Positions 60,998-64,000 of a DNA stretch of 64,000 bases are shown piece after piece; the first letter of the stretch is position 1; each line of letters opens with the position of its first letter. Made by a program: the position numbers and the translations under genes. Source of the DNA: Lingula anatina (taxonomy: Eukaryota > Animalia > Brachiopoda); assembly GCA_051362555.1 (NCBI GenBank), contig CM120641.1, positions 31,254,401-31,318,400 on the forward strand. Reading direction: 5' to 3'. Below the pieces are notes generated by a model. It was not told the DNA's origin. It saw only the letters and a program-made list of their open reading frames with translations, and did no database searches.

Positions 60998-63193
60998 ACT
61001 AGAGGATCAGAGAGGCGATACCGCCTCCGAATATTGTACCACCAGCTGGAGCAAGCGCATATAGACCCCCACATATACAAAATAAGGAACACAGCCACCA
61101 GTCTTGTGCTTGACAAGCTGTAAAAATGCAATAAACAAGAATTTTCAAAATATGCAAAAAATATATATATTACTAAAAATGGTACAATCAAAGTTAAGTT
61201 CATCGTAAGGTAGGTCAAAGGTCAATTCCAAGGTCACAGTAAATTGCCAGTATATGACTTCCTATTCAACTTCAATAGTAACTATGGGCCTATCTCTGCC
61301 AGGTTTGGAGTTAAAAGAGAAAGAAATTAGCAGAGTTCAGTTCATGATAATAAGTAGGTCAAAGGTCAATTTCAAGGTCACATTTAGATTGCCAGTATAT
61401 GACTTCATATTCACGTTCAATAGTAACTATGGACCTATCTCTGCCAGTTTTGGAGATAAAGGGGAAGCAAAATATGCAAAGTTCAGTTCATGGTGAAAAG
61501 TAGGTCAAAGGTCAATTTTAAGGTCACTTTTAGATTGCCAGTATATGACTTCCTATTCAACTTCAATAGAGACTATGGACCTATCTCTGCCAGTTTTGGA
61601 GATAAAAGGGAATCAAAATTTGCAAAGTTCAGTTAATGGTGAAAAGTAGGTCAAAGGTCAATTTTAAGGTCACATTTAGATTGCCAGTATATGTCTTCCT
61701 ATTCAACTTCAATAGTCACTATGGACCTATCTCTGCCAGTTTTGGAGATATAAGGGACTAAATGTTATAATTTTGGAGTTACCATAATGTGCCATAAATT
61801 TCCAGAAAAAATTAATTAAAATAAAGAAAAGGTCATTTTGGTCAAAATTCTTGAGATGGGAGGTGCTCTGAAGTTCCAGATGTTCAAATTTGATGAAATA
61901 ATGTCATTTTTGACCACAAGTTGTCTGCTTTGCCAAGCCATATGTTTTATTTTTCCGGAGTTCAAAATTTATTATCCATTACCGTACTGCACATTTTGCT
62001 TTCACCACCAATATGACTTTTTGATACAGCGTAACTTTGGAGATAAAAGGGAAGCAAAATTTGCAAAGTTCAGTTCTTGGTGAAAAGTAGATTGCCAGTA
62101 TATGACTTCCTATTCAAGTTCAATGGAGACTATGGACCTATCTCTGCCAGTTTTGGAGATAAAAGGGAAGCAAAATTTGCAAAGTTCAGTTCATGGTGAA
62201 AAGTAGGTCAAAGGTTAATTTAAAGGTTGAAGTAAATTGCCTCTAATGACTTTCTATTCAAATTCAATAGTAAACTATGGGCGCATCTTTGCCAGTTTTG
62301 GAGATAAAAGGGAACAAAAATTTGCAAAGTTCAGTTCATGGTAAAAAGTAGGTCAAAGGTCAATTTTAAGGTCACAGTAAATTGCCAATATATGACTTCC
62401 TATTCAAGTTCAATAGTAACTATGGACCTATCTCTGTCAGTTTTGGAGTTAAATGGGAACGAAAATTTGCAAAGTTCAATTCATGGTGAAAAGTAGGTCA
62501 AAGGTCAATTTTAAGGTCACTGTTAAATTGCCAGTATGTGACTTCCTATTCAACTTTAATAGTAACTATGGACCTATCTCTGCCACTTTTGGAGATATAA
62601 GGAAACAAAAATTTGCAAAGTTCAGTTCATAGTTAAAAGTAGGTCAAAGGTCAATTTTAAGGTCACATTTAGATTGCCACTATATGACTTCCCATTCAAG
62701 TTCAATAATAACTATGGACCTATCTCTGCCAGTTTTGGAGATAAAAGGGAACTAAAATTTGCAAAGTTCAATTCATGGTGAAAAGTAGGTCAAATGTCAA
62801 TTTCAAGGTCACAGTAAGATTGCCAGTATATGACTTTCTTTTCAAGTTCAATAGTATCTATGGACCTATCTCTGCCAGTTTTGCAGATAAAAGAGACTAA
62901 ATGTTATAATTTTGGAGTTACCATAATGTGCCATAAATTTCCTACAGAAAAAAATTAATGAAAATAAAGAAAAGGTCATTTTGGTCAAAATTTTTGGAAT
63001 GGGAGGTGCTCTGAAGTTCCAGGTGTTCAAATTTCATGAAATAATGTCATTTTTGACCACAAGTTGTCTGCTTTGCCAAGCCTTATGTATTATTTTTCCG
63101 GAGTTCAAAATTTATTATCCATTACCGTACTGCACATTTTGCTTTCACCACCAATATGTATTTTTTGATACAGCGTAACTTTAGAGATAAAAA
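60998..63193 (+). mobile_element. 3'-truncated copy of the ~145 bp-array HINE family
   Basis: 5' ACTAGAGGATCAGAGAGGCGATACCGCCTCC identical to 20636; about 11 array units; no 3' hairpin. Confidence 0.85.
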
Positions 63194-63195
63194 AA

Positions 63196-64000
63196 CCATT
63201 GTACCAGAGACACTTGATCCCTTTCAGTTTGCATATAGACGCAATAGAAGCGTAGATGACGCTCTTAGTATGTGCATACACAACATTTTAGAACACGCAG
63301 ATAAGAAAAACACATACGCAAGGATCTTATTTATAGACTACAGCTCGGCTTTTAATACCATTATTCCACAAAAACTTTATGCTAAGCTTTTAAACGAACT
63401 GGAATTTCCTTCATTTTTATGCAGTTGGGTTTTAGATTTTTTATTAGACAGGAGACAAGCTGTGAAAGTGGGTACAAGTACTTCTGATATTGTGGTTTTA
63501 AATACAGGTGCGCCTCAGGGTTGTGTTCTGTCACCATGTCTGTACAGCTTGTTCACGTATGATTGTGTTTCATCTCATGAGAGTAATTGCATCGTGAAGT
63601 TTGCAGACGACACCACTTTAATTGGCTTAATAAGTGATAATGATGAGACCTGGTATAGAAACGATGTCAACTCAGTTGTACAATGGTGTAAAGACAACGA
63701 TTTGTTACTGAATGTAGAGAAGACTAAGGAAATGATTGTTGACTTCAGAAAGAATAGAAATGTGAAAGAACCCATTCATATCAGTGGCACTGCAGTAAAG
63801 CAAGTAGCCAATTTTAGACTGCTGGGGGTAGAATTCAATAGCTCACTTACATGGAAGGACCACATAGACAAACAGTTAAAAAAAGCGAGGCAAAGGGTAT
63901 ATTTTTTTAAGAAAGTTGAAGGATTTTACTTCAAATGAAATGATTTTAGCAAACTTTTACAAATGCGTTATAGAAAGTATATTAACATTTGCAATCATAG
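63196..64000 (+). mobile_element. Rex1/Babar-like LINE reverse transcriptase fragment
   Basis: LDPFQFAYR, FIDYSSAFNTI, GAPQGCVLSP and KFADD motifs; frameshift near 63905; 5'-truncated. Confidence 0.88.

Overview
AT-rich eukaryotic (animal, probably marine invertebrate; inferred from the repeat families) DNA made mostly of nested transposable elements, with no intact host protein-coding gene that I can recognise. LTR elements: a young Copia (20608-28497, identical LTRs, GTAGC TSD) interrupted by a Helentron-type array element in its 3' LTR and a hAT element in its RNase H; a young Gypsy (45196-52525, intact pol, -1 slippery site, extra 1.6 kb 3' region) sitting in a decayed AcademH element (transposase remnant plus RecQ helicase); and the 3' half of an env (fusion-protein-like) LTR element. 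DNA transposons: a 4.5 kb P-like TIR element carrying an unknown multi-exon cargo gene, 79 bp and 367 bp AcademH-type MITEs with 9 bp TSDs, and Sola2, Kolobok, Zator/Harbinger-like and pogo-like elements. Other: two LINE fragments, an intron-containing HEATR3 pseudogene fragment, several satellites, and an unexplained fixed-spacing motif in three copies. Family assignments come from motif recognition by eye, not database searches.
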